Shown: positions 1-10,079, counted from the first letter of the stretch. The stretch is 58,539 nucleotides of DNA from Verrucomicrobiota bacterium (GCA_038214755.1 JBBQRQ010000020.1:1-58539), one strand, 5' to 3'. A program made the numbers and translations. Notes: generated by a model from the sequence alone, not told the origin.

Positions 1-45
1 CGCTCACGCGAATTTCGAGGAGGCCTAAACAGCGCGATAGCGTCT

Positions 46-73
46 TGGAGTGCGGTGGCCCTCCACCGCTTTT
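46..73. repeat. Half REP-like palindrome (TTGGAGTGCG family)
   Basis: TTGGAGTGCGGTGGCCCTCCACCGCTTT hairpin resembles arms at 34778 and 48670. Confidence 0.6.
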
Positions 74-157
74 GCCCGCGTCACCAAGTAATAGCAGCGA
101 ACAAATAATGCAGGTCATTCCACTGAAAACGTCGAGGAGCCATATAAAATTACGTCT

Positions 158-589
158 ATGAAAAATCGGTTGGTTAATAAACATTCACGTGCCTTTACCT
201 TAATTGAAATCATGGTCGTGGTAGTCATCCTCGGCATTCTGGCCGCGACGATTATTCCCCAGTTCATGGGCACAACCCACGACGCGAAAGTCAGCACGGC
301 CAAGTCGAACATCGCCGAACTCGAGTCAGCGCTGGAACGATTCTATATCCACCTGGATCGGCATCCTACCACGGAAGAAGGTTTGAAGGTATTGGTGGAA
401 GCGCCATCAGGCGAGGAATCGAAATGGCGCGGGCCTTACATCAAACTTCTGCGACCTGATCCGTGGGGACATCCTTACCAATATAAGGACCCTGGAACTC
501 ATCGCACCTCCGGCTTCGACTTATGGTCGCGCGGCGCGGATGGAGCGGACGGCGGAGAAGGAGATGGAGCAGACATAGGAAACTGGTAG
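158..589 (+). CDS. gspG: Type II secretion major pseudopilin GspG
   Basis: RA|FTLIEIMVVVVILGILA prepilin motif; WRGPY, DPWGHPYQY and SxGADG...DIGNW are GspG hallmarks. Confidence 0.95.
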   Translation: MKNRLVNKHSRAFTLIEIMVVVVILGILAATIIPQFMGTTHDAKVSTAKSNIAELESALERFYIHLDRHPTTEEGLKVLVEAPSGEESKWRGPYIKLLRPDPWGHPYQYKDPGTHRTSGFDLWSRGADGADGGEGDGADIGNW

Positions 590-591
590 GT

Positions 592-1257
592 ATGAGATTG
601 AATCTTTACAAAGTAAGTGGAGCGCGGACAGCCTTGTCCGCGTGTTTCGATACAGACGAAAACTCTGGCTTTTTCATCAGTTCGAGTTCACGCGGACAAG
701 GCTGTCCGCGCTCCTATCCATTAGGCTTTACCTTGATAGAGGTAATGGTCGTGCTAGTTCTCATTGCCATCATGAGCGCGGTGATCGTTTCAGAAATGAA
801 AGGCACCTATCAAGATGCGTTGCTGCGTTCTACCAGCAGGGAGTTAGTCAGTGTGATGAACCTGGCCTACAGTCGCGCCATCGCGATCAATCAGATTCAT
901 CGCGTCCGTATCGATAGAGATACCGGCAAATACATTGTCGAGAGACGGGTGCGGAGTGAGGGCCAACGATTTGATTTCGTCCCGGTCAATGATGTGGCGG
1001 GTAGTGAAGGAAAACTGGATCAACGCGTATCCATCCAGATTCGCGACTCTTCTGAAAGTGGTTCAAACTCCTCCGGACCACCCCTCGTTCCAAGGCCCGA
1101 ACATGACCTGACTAGTAACGACACTATTACCTTCTATTCCGATGGAACAGCCGACCAGCGGGAGATTTTACTTCAAGACCAGGGAGGTCATCGCCTTGGT
1201 CTGCAAATCAATCCCACCACCGCGCGCGTGCGAATCGTCGGAATGGAGCGCAATTAA
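592..1257 (+). CDS. gspH: T2SS minor pseudopilin GspH-like, with an extended leader
   Basis: ATG 2 nt after gspG stop; G|FTLIE at 724-741; C-terminal ITFYSDG motif; operon position. Confidence 0.85.
   Translation: MRLNLYKVSGARTALSACFDTDENSGFFISSSSRGQGCPRSYPLGFTLIEVMVVLVLIAIMSAVIVSEMKGTYQDALLRSTSRELVSVMNLAYSRAIAINQIHRVRIDRDTGKYIVERRVRSEGQRFDFVPVNDVAGSEGKLDQRVSIQIRDSSESGSNSSGPPLVPRPEHDLTSNDTITFYSDGTADQREILLQDQGGHRLGLQINPTTARVRIVGMERN
619..714. repeat. GGAG-type REP doublet, in frame in the gspH leader
   Basis: GGAGCGCGGACAGCCTTGTCCGCG and its exact inverted copy ending at 714; 96 bp = 32 codons. Confidence 0.9.
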
Positions 1258-1262
1258 CGTTC

Positions 1263-1685
1263 ATGCATCGCTCCGGATTTTCTTTAATAGAAGTCATGTG
1301 CGCCATTCTCATTTTGGGAATCGCGCTGGTAGGTCTTACTCAAGGCATCACTACTGCGCTGAGTTCGAGCAAAGAAACCGAACTCCAAACGTCCGCCGCC
1401 TTGATCGCCGCTGGCCAAATTGAAACCTTGCGCGCCGAGGACTATCTCGAGGATGGCATTACCGAGGACACGTGCGGCGACGACCTGCCCCTTTATCAAT
1501 GGACTCAAACTATTAGCAGCACCGACATAGACGGTCTCCATGAAGTAAAGGTCGTAGTCGAGAATGCAAATACCGGAAAAGAAATTTACGAACTGCGCAC
1601 GCTTCTCTTTGACCCGGACTACCCAGGTCAGGATGACGCCAAGGATAAGAAGAATAAGACCAGGAAAAAAGGAGCGAAGCTTTGA
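1263..1685 (+). CDS. gspI: T2SS minor pseudopilin GspI-like
   Basis: SG|FSLIEVM prepilin motif, short length, position between H and J. Confidence 0.85.
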   Translation: MHRSGFSLIEVMCAILILGIALVGLTQGITTALSSSKETELQTSAALIAAGQIETLRAEDYLEDGITEDTCGDDLPLYQWTQTISSTDIDGLHEVKVVVENANTGKEIYELRTLLFDPDYPGQDDAKDKKNKTRKKGAKL

Positions 1686-2638
1686 ACCTTCGACTCTCTA
1701 TATCGGCGGAGCGCGGACGTTCTCGTCCGCGTGTTCCGGGCGCGACTCGCGGACGAGAACGTCCGCGCTCCAATCCGCCATCGCTGCCGCGCTTCGCCGT
1801 GCGCCGCGAAGTCCTTCTCGCGTCGGCGGTGACAGTACATGGATTCAATGTGCGACAAAATTTTAGCAGAACCCCACATAACAAAGCAGGCTTTACCTTA
1901 ATCGAACTGGTCATCAGCGCAGCGGTGGCTGCCATGATTTTGACGGGCGCTTATATGTGTTTGAATGCTGGACTATCGAGTCAAAAGCTGATCGAGCCGC
2001 GCTCTGAAGTCGCGCAGAACGCCAGAGTAGCGTTGGCGATCATCACCGCTGATTTGCGCAGCGCTTGTCCTCTTTCTCAAGACTTCGACTTTCTCGGCAT
2101 GGATCGGATGATGGATGATGTCGAAGCTGACAACCTGGATTTCGCTACTCACAACTATACTCCACGTCGTCCGGGAGAAGGAGATTTCTGCGAGGTCAGT
2201 TACTTTTTGGAGAAGGACAAAGAAGGGAAGTTTAACCTATGGCGAAGGCGCAATCCTACCATTGCTCTTAATCCACTTGAAGGAGGCAGGCGGGAGGAAA
2301 TCGCGCGGGGGCTGCAAGGGTTGAGGTTTGAATACTACGACGGGTTCGAATGGTTTGACGATTGGGGCGACCTGGAAAAAAAGAAAAAGAAAAGCGACGT
2401 GTCCGATGAACCGAACCTTTCCGGGATGCCAGAAGCAGTGCGCATTACTTTGTCATTTGATCCCAACCCGGAGAAACCTACTCGCTCAACAGAAGCATCC
2501 GAGGCTCCTTTAGTTTTCCAAACCGTAGTCCGGTTGGAATTAACCAATGCTTCGGAAGATAATTCAAAAAGTGTTTCGAAAAATCCTTCCGCCGAAAGTG
2601 GATTACCGCCGAAAGCTGACAAAGGCGCAAACAATTAG
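1682..2638 (+). CDS. gspJ: T2SS minor pseudopilin GspJ-like, with an extended leader
   Basis: TTG start overlapping gspI stop with GGAG 7 nt upstream; AG|FTLIEL at 1886-1909; C-terminal YYDG..W...W...PEAVRITL typical of GspJ; start uncertain. Confidence 0.85.
   Translation: MNLRLSISAERGRSRPRVPGATRGRERPRSNPPSLPRFAVRREVLLASAVTVHGFNVRQNFSRTPHNKAGFTLIELVISAAVAAMILTGAYMCLNAGLSSQKLIEPRSEVAQNARVALAIITADLRSACPLSQDFDFLGMDRMMDDVEADNLDFATHNYTPRRPGEGDFCEVSYFLEKDKEGKFNLWRRRNPTIALNPLEGGRREEIARGLQGLRFEYYDGFEWFDDWGDLEKKKKKSDVSDEPNLSGMPEAVRITLSFDPNPEKPTRSTEASEAPLVFQTVVRLELTNASEDNSKSVSKNPSAESGLPPKADKGANN
1708..1771. repeat. GGAG-type REP doublet in the gspJ leader
   Basis: 24-bp arms GGAGCGCGGACGTTCTCGTCCGCG identical to the intergenic copy at 56994-57102. 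Confidence 0.9.
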
Positions 2639-2640
2639 CT

Positions 2641-4278
2641 ATGCGAAAGAACTCTGATTCCTCGATGTTTCTTGTGGATGAAGCAGGGGAGACAACCATT
2701 TTTTACCGCAAAGGACGCAAAGGTTTTCGCAGAGGAACGCAGAGTGACAACCTTCCCGCCGAGTTCTTTTTCTTTTGCTCCTTACTTTTGCGACCTCTGC
2801 CTGAACCTTCGTGTCCTCTGCGTTTAATCCGAGAACGCAGTATAGGCCGAATAGAATCCTATCACCCACCAGAAACGTCGAAGAAGCAGAACGCTTCCAT
2901 CCTGGTTGGTTTGCTTTGGTGCCTGGCGTTACTCTCAATGATTGTCATTGGACTTCTCCACACCGCGCGCTTGGATTTGTTGGTTGTGAAAAATCACGGC
3001 GACAGGATACAAGCGCATTACCTTGCGCTGGCCGGAGTCGAGAAGGCCAAGGCTCTTTTGTATCACGACATGCTGGAGCGCAGAGGCACCGCGAAGAATC
3101 ATACGGGCCATCTGTATGATGACGCAAAAGAGTTTCGCGCGGTTGGTTTCGGACGAGGATCGTTCAACGTTTTTCGTCGTGGTGGAACAGAGGAAGAAGG
3201 AATGGTGTTTGGCGTGAGTGATGAGGAAAGCCGTCTCAATCTCAACACTGCTTCCCCGGAAGAACTCACCAAACTTAATGGCATCACCCCCGATGTGGTG
3301 GCAGCAATTGTCGATTGGCGCGATGCCAACAATGCGGTTACGCCCAGTGGGGCCGAAGCAGAATATTATTCCTCGCTTCAACCTCCTTCCTTGCCGAGGA
3401 ACGGTCCTTTCCAAACCACCCGCGAACTTTTGATGGTGCGAGGTATTACCTCAGACCTTCTATTGGGAGACGGTAGCGATAATGAAGTGCCCGACCTTAA
3501 CGAAAGTAACAGCGGCTTAAAAAATTCAAGCGACTCGCGCGACCGTGGTTGGGCTGGCCTTCTCTGTGTCAACTCCTCCGTTGAAAATTTAAATGCTTCT
3601 GGCAAAGACCGCGTCAACATTCAATCTGCCGATGAAAAGGCTCTCTCCTCAATCAAAGGAATTTCTGCTCAACTCGCCAAAGTGATTATTGCCTATCGCA
3701 ACCAAAAACAATTTGAAAGTATCGCGGATCTCTTGGATGTCACCGAAGTGACGAACCAACCTGCGCCGCCAACTCCTTTTACCACTTCTACCTCAAGTGC
3801 CCGAAGCCGCTCCTCGTCCAACCCATCCAAGACTACTTCCAGAACTACAACCTCACAGGCCACGCGCACGGCGCAGCCCTCCGGCCCACGATTGATAAGT
3901 GACGACTTATTCATGGAGATCGCCGATGATGTCACCGTCAGTTCAGACTCGGCGCAGGAAGGTTTGATCAACATCAACACGGCAAGTCTCGATGTTCTTA
4001 TTTGCCTTGAAGGAATAGAACGAGATTTAGCTCAAGCCATTATTTCGCATCGCAAGTCCGATGGGTTTTTCCCGAACGTGGCCGCGCTCTTGAAGGTTCC
4101 TGGAATGAATCGCGAGATCTTCAAACAAATCGCGCCGCGCCTGACCGCCCGCTCAGAAACATTCCGCATCAGGTGCGAAGGGAAAGTTACTTCAACCGGG
4201 GCGCGTCAATGCCTTGAAGTCATCGTCCACGTTACCAAGTACGACATTAAAACGCTTTCCTATCGGGAGGATTTATGA
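2641..4278 (+). CDS. gspK: T2SS minor pseudopilin GspK with helix-hairpin-helix repeats
   Basis: Hydrophobic SILVGLLWCLALL segment, DEESRLNLN, AIVDWRD, three xN(I/L)N/QxA HhH units; ATG 2 nt after gspJ stop. Confidence 0.88.
   Translation: MRKNSDSSMFLVDEAGETTIFYRKGRKGFRRGTQSDNLPAEFFFFCSLLLRPLPEPSCPLRLIRERSIGRIESYHPPETSKKQNASILVGLLWCLALLSMIVIGLLHTARLDLLVVKNHGDRIQAHYLALAGVEKAKALLYHDMLERRGTAKNHTGHLYDDAKEFRAVGFGRGSFNVFRRGGTEEEGMVFGVSDEESRLNLNTASPEELTKLNGITPDVVAAIVDWRDANNAVTPSGAEAEYYSSLQPPSLPRNGPFQTTRELLMVRGITSDLLLGDGSDNEVPDLNESNSGLKNSSDSRDRGWAGLLCVNSSVENLNASGKDRVNIQSADEKALSSIKGISAQLAKVIIAYRNQKQFESIADLLDVTEVTNQPAPPTPFTTSTSSARSRSSSNPSKTTSRTTTSQATRTAQPSGPRLISDDLFMEIADDVTVSSDSAQEGLININTASLDVLICLEGIERDLAQAIISHRKSDGFFPNVAALLKVPGMNREIFKQIAPRLTARSETFRIRCEGKVTSTGARQCLEVIVHVTKYDIKTLSYREDL
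2657..2840. repeat. 9/10-bp-period inverted-repeat element (CGCAAAGGA type), in frame in the gspK leader
   Basis: Aligns by eye over about 180 bp with the reverse complement of intergenic 22382-22558; shorter copy at 49646-49737. Confidence 0.88.
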
Positions 4279-5774
4279 AGACTCCCAGCCTTGTGACTCC
4301 AACCGCTGTTTACTTCGAGATAAGCCAAAGCTCCATGAAAGTGCTTTATGGAAGTGAGACGCTGGAACTTCCGTTGGAGCGATTGCAGAACGGTCGCTTG
4401 AACGAAACTTGTAAGCAGCGCCTAACCTCAACCTTACGCGATTCGTTTAAACGAAAAAGTTGGCAACCCAACCTGCGGGGGGCGTGCGCGATAGGAGCCA
4501 GAGGTGTTTCTCTTCGCCGACTCACGCTTCCTTTATCCACGAAGGAAGAACTACAGCGGCTATTGTCTTTGCAGATTGAGAACGAGTTTCCGCTTCCACC
4601 AGAGCAACTCAGTTGGGGTTACGCAAAGGTTGAGCGGCAGATGTCAAAAGATTTTGGAGCGGCACAACAAGAAGTGGTCATTGTCGCAGTAAAAAAAGAA
4701 GTGCTGGATGACTATGCCGAAGTTTTTTCTGCGAGCGGAGTCAGCGCAACCTTTACTCTCGCGGCCCTTGCTCGGAATGCACTTGTCCTTAACCCACCCG
4801 ACACCTATTCGATCCTGGCTATTGGTCGAAGTTCTTCGGAAATGATTTCCTTGGACCATGGCGCGCCGAGTTCCATTCGGGTTTTGGCATGGGGAGAGGA
4901 AACAGTTGAGACGGCACTGAACCCGCTGGTCAGTGGTATCGATCCAAAGTGGATAGGACAAAAAATTTATCTTTGCGGAGAAAATGTTCGAGAGAGAAAT
5001 TACGCGGAACTCCTCGCTACTCAAATGGGCAATGGAGTGGAATGTGACTATTTGCCAGAGGGTGATTTATCCGCAGCCATTGCCGGACTGAAAAAGCTAA
5101 GTGAACCGGGAGTTGGCTTTATCCCTCTCACGTTCCAACTCAATGATACCAAGAGGAGCGAATACCTGACTCGATCTGCTGCGTGGAAATGGGCGGGGCT
5201 GGCCGCGCTACTCGCTTTCGCGCTACTGGTGTTTCCCTACATCGAAGCTTTGCTGCTCAAGGCAAGCCTGACGAAAAAACTTTCAACGATTCAAGCCGAA
5301 AGGAACAGGCTCGTCGTAATAGATCGAGAACTTAACTTTCTCCAAGACCTGAAGAAGAACCAATCCCCTTACCTTGACACCTTGTATCTCGTAGCGAACG
5401 CCGCGCCTGGTGGAACCCGTTTCGATTCCCTGACCATGAACCGGCGCGGTGAGGTTTCTCTCAAGGGCAACATGGGCAATGCGCAACAGGTCACGGAATT
5501 TCGGTCCAAGCTAATTGGCTCCGGCTTCTTCTCGACTGTCGTGGTGGATGAACAAACGCCTGGGCCGGACCGGCAGAAGTTAGCCGTGCGAATCACCGCC
5601 CAATGGAAACCAACCGGACGAAAGCCTATCACAGTCGATCCCGTTTCAAAAACCGAGAAGAAGGGTAGCGAGGGTAAGACAGAGATTGGGACAAGGAGTC
5701 GTTCATCCCGTATGCCAGAGGCTTCTTCTAATAGCGCAACGAACACCTTACCTTCGGGAAAAACCAACCAATAA
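4275..5774 (+). CDS. gspL: GspL / PilM-PilN-like inner membrane platform protein
   Basis: ATGA overlap with gspK; cytoplasmic domain with RRLTLP..QIENEFPLP, single TM, PilN-like C-terminus. Confidence 0.75.
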   Translation: MKTPSLVTPTAVYFEISQSSMKVLYGSETLELPLERLQNGRLNETCKQRLTSTLRDSFKRKSWQPNLRGACAIGARGVSLRRLTLPLSTKEELQRLLSLQIENEFPLPPEQLSWGYAKVERQMSKDFGAAQQEVVIVAVKKEVLDDYAEVFSASGVSATFTLAALARNALVLNPPDTYSILAIGRSSSEMISLDHGAPSSIRVLAWGEETVETALNPLVSGIDPKWIGQKIYLCGENVRERNYAELLATQMGNGVECDYLPEGDLSAAIAGLKKLSEPGVGFIPLTFQLNDTKRSEYLTRSAAWKWAGLAALLAFALLVFPYIEALLLKASLTKKLSTIQAERNRLVVIDRELNFLQDLKKNQSPYLDTLYLVANAAPGGTRFDSLTMNRRGEVSLKGNMGNAQQVTEFRSKLIGSGFFSTVVVDEQTPGPDRQKLAVRITAQWKPTGRKPITVDPVSKTEKKGSEGKTEIGTRSRSSRMPEASSNSATNTLPSGKTNQ

Positions 5775-5778
5775 TTTT

Positions 5779-6336
5779 ATGCGCGCACTTGCTCCCAATG
5801 AAAAACGCACCTTGCGTCGCGCGGCAATTGCTATTGCCATTTATCTGGTGCTCTTTGGGGGTTATCAGTGCTGGAAATATCTTAACGCAAAGCGAGTCGA
5901 TTATCGGAAGCTGGTTCAAGAAGCGAACACCATCAAACGGGAAGTTCAGCCCTATCAGGAAAAAGCCTCCGTCGTAAAAACATTGATGGAAAGTTTTCGC
6001 CTCGACCCGGCCAGGCTCTCCAAAAGTTCTATTGTCGCCGATGCCAGCGCCGCGATTCAAAAGGCGGCGACCAGTGGTGGAGTTCAACTCGGTCCTATTC
6101 GAGAAACATCTGCGCGTTCGTCCAACAAGGAATTAGCCAACATGCAAATCGAAGGTTCAGGTCCCGTCCCTTCACTCATGGCCTTCTTGCACAACATTCA
6201 GAGTCTAGGCTATCCGCTGGTGATCGACTCGATTCAAATTCATGGTGACCCGTCGAAGCCCGGCGCGGTCAAGGTAAGCCTCACCATTCTCATCCTGGAT
6301 TTTGACCAGTGGAAGAAAGAGACGCCCAATGCTTGA
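5779..6336 (+). CDS. gspM: GspM / PilO-like protein
   Basis: LxxxEKR plus TM helix, coiled coil, ferredoxin-like end (LMAFLHNIQ); follows gspL. Confidence 0.7.
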   Translation: MRALAPNEKRTLRRAAIAIAIYLVLFGGYQCWKYLNAKRVDYRKLVQEANTIKREVQPYQEKASVVKTLMESFRLDPARLSKSSIVADASAAIQKAATSGGVQLGPIRETSARSSNKELANMQIEGSGPVPSLMAFLHNIQSLGYPLVIDSIQIHGDPSKPGAVKVSLTILILDFDQWKKETPNA

Positions 6337-7114
6337 ACGCTACGAAAAAGTTTTGAAAGTCGTCTGCCTGGTGCTGGCGGCGCTCATGTTATTCCAATTG
6401 ACGCGATTGGTCTTTGGGAGAAGTCCGCTTGCTGGAGTCATTGTTCCCGCGTTGCCGACATTGCCGGTGACGGAATCGGCTAAAACCAATTTGGCGTCAG
6501 TGACAACAGGTCAAAGGAAAGGAACGAATTCCGCGCCGGAATTGAAATCGAAAACGAACGAAACAAATACTGTCTCTCACTTGGTAAAACAGAACACCAA
6601 CTCAGGCTCCGGGCTAGCGAAAACCAACGCGGTTCTACTTACAAAAAGTAAAGAGACCAATTCGGTCGGACAAATTAAAGAGACGAATACTATAACGATG
6701 AAAGAATCGGGAAAGGGAAGTAACTCTCTTTTATCTCCAAAAGGAATGAGTTCTTTCCCCCGCTCGGAAGGAGGGAAGAAAGCAATTGAACTTCCGCCTC
6801 CCATCCAGGCCCGGGTGGACAAGATTACTCAGAGTGAAATTTTAGCGCCAGTGGTCCGCCCGCTGCCGATGGCTCTCCTCGGCATCGCTGGCGAGAAGGC
6901 CTTTCTTCGCTCGGCCAATGGGCAGACCGGCGTAGTCAAGGAAGGCGAAGAAGTGGGCGGGTTGAAACTTTTGCGGATAGGAATCAATCGAGTGTTGGTG
7001 GAACAAGACGGAGAAAAAAAAGAATTGATGGTCTTCTCCGGCTTCGGCGGTGAATCGCTTTTGCCCAAAGAAAAAGAAAAGAAAGAAACCAATGAAACGA
7101 CTAAAAAACTTTAA
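6329..7114 (+). CDS. GspC-like membrane-anchored T2SS protein
   Basis: N-terminal TM, T/N/S-rich linker, C-terminal LLGIAG...VKEGEEVGGLKLLRI..NRV HR-like domain directly before the secretin. Confidence 0.6.
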   Translation: MLERYEKVLKVVCLVLAALMLFQLTRLVFGRSPLAGVIVPALPTLPVTESAKTNLASVTTGQRKGTNSAPELKSKTNETNTVSHLVKQNTNSGSGLAKTNAVLLTKSKETNSVGQIKETNTITMKESGKGSNSLLSPKGMSSFPRSEGGKKAIELPPPIQARVDKITQSEILAPVVRPLPMALLGIAGEKAFLRSANGQTGVVKEGEEVGGLKLLRIGINRVLVEQDGEKKELMVFSGFGGESLLPKEKEKKETNETTKKL

Positions 7115-9938
7115 CCTGAAATTTCTGGCAGCAGCCATTTCCTGCTGTCTCGCCGGGATAATTTTCTTCTCTTCGCCGGACGCAATGGGCGAAGGCGCCA
7201 AGAAAGCCGCCCGAAAAAAACGCTCACTGGAATCGGAGTCCACCACTAATTCCGCGCCGAAAACTGCCGAAAACGTTTCCACGAATGATTCTCCATCGTC
7301 CACCAACGAGCTTGCAGCCGCGATAAAATCAGCCGGAAAAAAATCATCACGAAAAAAAGGAGCGGCGAAAGCGAACGACGATAAAATTTCCGCGACCAAC
7401 GAAATCCAGTTGAGTTTTCAGGGCGCGAACATCGACATGATTGTGCAATGGCTCGCGCAGACGACGGGCAAGAGCGTGGTCAAACATCCGAAGGTTCAAT
7501 GCCAGTTAACCATCGTTGGCTCGAAGAAAGTGACGCCTCGAGAGGCGTTGAACCTGGTTTATCGCGCGCTCGCACTGGAGGGTTTTAGCGTCGTGGAATC
7601 GAGCAAAGCCATTTTGATTGTGCCCGAGGGACAGGAGCCGAAGACGAGTCCGGAGATGATCGGCTCAGAACAAACGGGCGTGCCCGAAGGACGGCAGCGG
7701 CTGGTCAAAGTTTTCAAGTTGAAACACATTCAAGCCGCGAGCGTAAAAGAAAAAATTAAAACGCTCCTCTCCGAAAAAGCGACGGCGGATGTCGATGAAC
7801 GAGCCAACCAACTGATCGTCACCGATTACACGGATAACATCGTGGTGATCGGCAACCTGATCCGCGTTCTCGACACGGATAATCCCGAAGACATTACCAT
7901 CCGCGTCATCCCATTAAAAAATGTGAACGCGGTGGATCTGGCCAAGGAGGTCGGCCCGCTTTACCAGAAAATGGGTGGTGGCAAAGAAGGCAAGGAAACC
8001 GCTCCGAAAGAAACGGTCGAGATCACGGCCAACGACCGTTCCAATTCTTTGATTATTTATTCCAGCGAAGCGACTTTCAAAATAATCGAAGCGCTGGTCG
8101 CCCGGCTCGATACGGAAGAGGCGCAGGAAAAAATCATGCGCACTTTTCCGCTGAAAAATGCCGACGCGCAGGATGTCGCCAAACAATTGCAGGACCTCAA
8201 TCAGGATCAGGATAGTTCTCCCCGATATCCTTTTTATTATTCCTTCTCCTCGATGGGCCAAAATAAAGCCGCAAAAAAAATGAACGTGGTCGCCGACCGC
8301 CGACGCAACACGGTCATCGTCCAGGCGCCTCCTGCGGCGATGGAAAATATAGCGAAGATGGTGGAGAAGCTCGACGAAGCCGCCAACGACGACAGTCTCG
8401 CTCCGAAAATTTTTCCGCTCAAGTATGTCAGTGCGGGAGACATCGAAGATATTTTGAATGAACTTTTTTTGAAAAAGCAGCCGAGCCGAAGTTATTGGAA
8501 TCCATTCAGCGGTGAACCGGAACCATCCAACACTGATCGCGATGTCGGACGACTTTATGGGAAAGTCCGCGTGACCAGTGAACCTCACGCCAACGCACTT
8601 ATTGTGACGGCGAACTCCGCCGAAAACCTCGCGGCGGTCGAAGATGTTTTAAAACAATTAGATGTTCCGTCCGAGGCGGGTGAAACGACATTTCGCATCG
8701 GCTTGAAATTTGCCAAAGCCGCGACGGTCGCCAACAGCATCAACATTCTTTTTGCCAAAGGAGGTTCGCCGGGATTGCGATCCGTTGCGCCGCCCGGACA
8801 ACCTGGAAGTCAGTCGCAGCAGCAGAATCAAAATACGTCGGCGCGGACTAATTTTGAATTGGAACAGGAAGCAAAGGAGGAAGGTTATTTTCCGTGGCTG
8901 GGCGGACAGCCGGAGAACCTTCGCGGCGCGGATGGACGCAATGTGCTTCGGACGGCGAGCGACCTGGTGGGCCGCGTTCGCGTGGTGCCGGACCAACGCA
9001 GCAACTCCCTTTTGGTTTCCGCCAATGTTCATTTTTTTCCCCAAGTGTTGAGACTGATTGAGGACCTCGATGCGCCGACCGCCCAAGTATTGATCGAGGC
9101 AAAAATCGTCGAAGTCTCCACTGATTACCTCGACAAGCTGGGTGTTCGCTGGTCGCCGGACGGGAGCAAAACTTTTACGGCGGACGACTTTGATAATTCC
9201 CTTATTGCCAGTTCGCGTGGCCGTTATCAAAAAGGTTTCGGCGGCAAAACCAGCGTGAACAATCCACTTTCTTCGAGCACGGTCGCGGCGGCCGTCACGA
9301 GTTTGCGCAGCGGCACTTTGGACAACACGATCAGCATGGAATTCCTCGTGCAATTTCTTCGCCGGACCACCGACGCCACCGTGCTGGCTGAACCTCAGAT
9401 CAATATTTCCGACAATGAACTCGGCAAACTTTTCGTCGGACAACAAGTCCCGACGCTCACCGCGCAGAACAATCCCGCGCTCGGCGGCACGAGCCAAAGT
9501 TTTGAATACAAAGATGTGGGCATCATTTTGGAAGTGACGCCGCACATCAATAATTCCGGCGACGTTGCGCTAAAAATCCGCACTGAATCCTCCGCGATTG
9601 TTCCGGGACAAACTTTGTTCGGAGCGGCGGTGATCGACTCGCGCAATTTCCGCACGGATGTTTCGGCCAAGAGCGGCCAGACGCTGGTGCTGGGCGGCAT
9701 TATTCAAAAACAGATTTCGGATACGTTGCGTAAGACGCCGATTCTGGGAGACATACCCGGATTGAAATGGGCGTTTAACAAAAAGGACAAGCTGAGCCGC
9801 CGGGTTGAGTTGATGGTTTTCCTGCGCACCACCGTCGTGCGCACGGCGGAAGAAGCGAAGGAGTTGCTGGAGGACGTGGAAAAGAAAATTCCGCTGATAA
9901 AAAAATCGAGAGAAATCAAACCGGAAGATTCCAGATAA
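7092..9938 (+). CDS. gspD: Type II secretion secretin GspD
   Basis: N0 domain, repeated D.R.N.L N-domains, QVLIEAKIVEV, GQTLVLGG, PILGDIPGL secretin motifs. Confidence 0.95.
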   Translation: MKRLKNFNLKFLAAAISCCLAGIIFFSSPDAMGEGAKKAARKKRSLESESTTNSAPKTAENVSTNDSPSSTNELAAAIKSAGKKSSRKKGAAKANDDKISATNEIQLSFQGANIDMIVQWLAQTTGKSVVKHPKVQCQLTIVGSKKVTPREALNLVYRALALEGFSVVESSKAILIVPEGQEPKTSPEMIGSEQTGVPEGRQRLVKVFKLKHIQAASVKEKIKTLLSEKATADVDERANQLIVTDYTDNIVVIGNLIRVLDTDNPEDITIRVIPLKNVNAVDLAKEVGPLYQKMGGGKEGKETAPKETVEITANDRSNSLIIYSSEATFKIIEALVARLDTEEAQEKIMRTFPLKNADAQDVAKQLQDLNQDQDSSPRYPFYYSFSSMGQNKAAKKMNVVADRRRNTVIVQAPPAAMENIAKMVEKLDEAANDDSLAPKIFPLKYVSAGDIEDILNELFLKKQPSRSYWNPFSGEPEPSNTDRDVGRLYGKVRVTSEPHANALIVTANSAENLAAVEDVLKQLDVPSEAGETTFRIGLKFAKAATVANSINILFAKGGSPGLRSVAPPGQPGSQSQQQNQNTSARTNFELEQEAKEEGYFPWLGGQPENLRGADGRNVLRTASDLVGRVRVVPDQRSNSLLVSANVHFFPQVLRLIEDLDAPTAQVLIEAKIVEVSTDYLDKLGVRWSPDGSKTFTADDFDNSLIASSRGRYQKGFGGKTSVNNPLSSSTVAAAVTSLRSGTLDNTISMEFLVQFLRRTTDATVLAEPQINISDNELGKLFVGQQVPTLTAQNNPALGGTSQSFEYKDVGIILEVTPHINNSGDVALKIRTESSAIVPGQTLFGAAVIDSRNFRTDVSAKSGQTLVLGGIIQKQISDTLRKTPILGDIPGLKWAFNKKDKLSRRVELMVFLRTTVVRTAEEAKELLEDVEKKIPLIKKSREIKPEDSR

Positions 9939-9989
9939 GTATCGCGGTGATGTGGGAGTCGAGGGAAGCCGTTGTTCGGTCGAATGAAC

Positions 9990-10079
9990 TGGCGGAAGGG
10001 AGAGGATTCGAACCTCCGGTAGGATTGCTCCTACTTCTGATTTCGAGTCAGATGCCTTTAACCACTCAGCCACCCTTCC
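9990..10079 (-). tRNA. tRNA-Ser(CGA)
   Basis: Reverse complement folds as a 90-nt cloverleaf with long variable arm, TCTGA-CT-CGA-AA-TCAGA anticodon arm, GTTCGAATC and encoded CCA. Confidence 0.97.
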
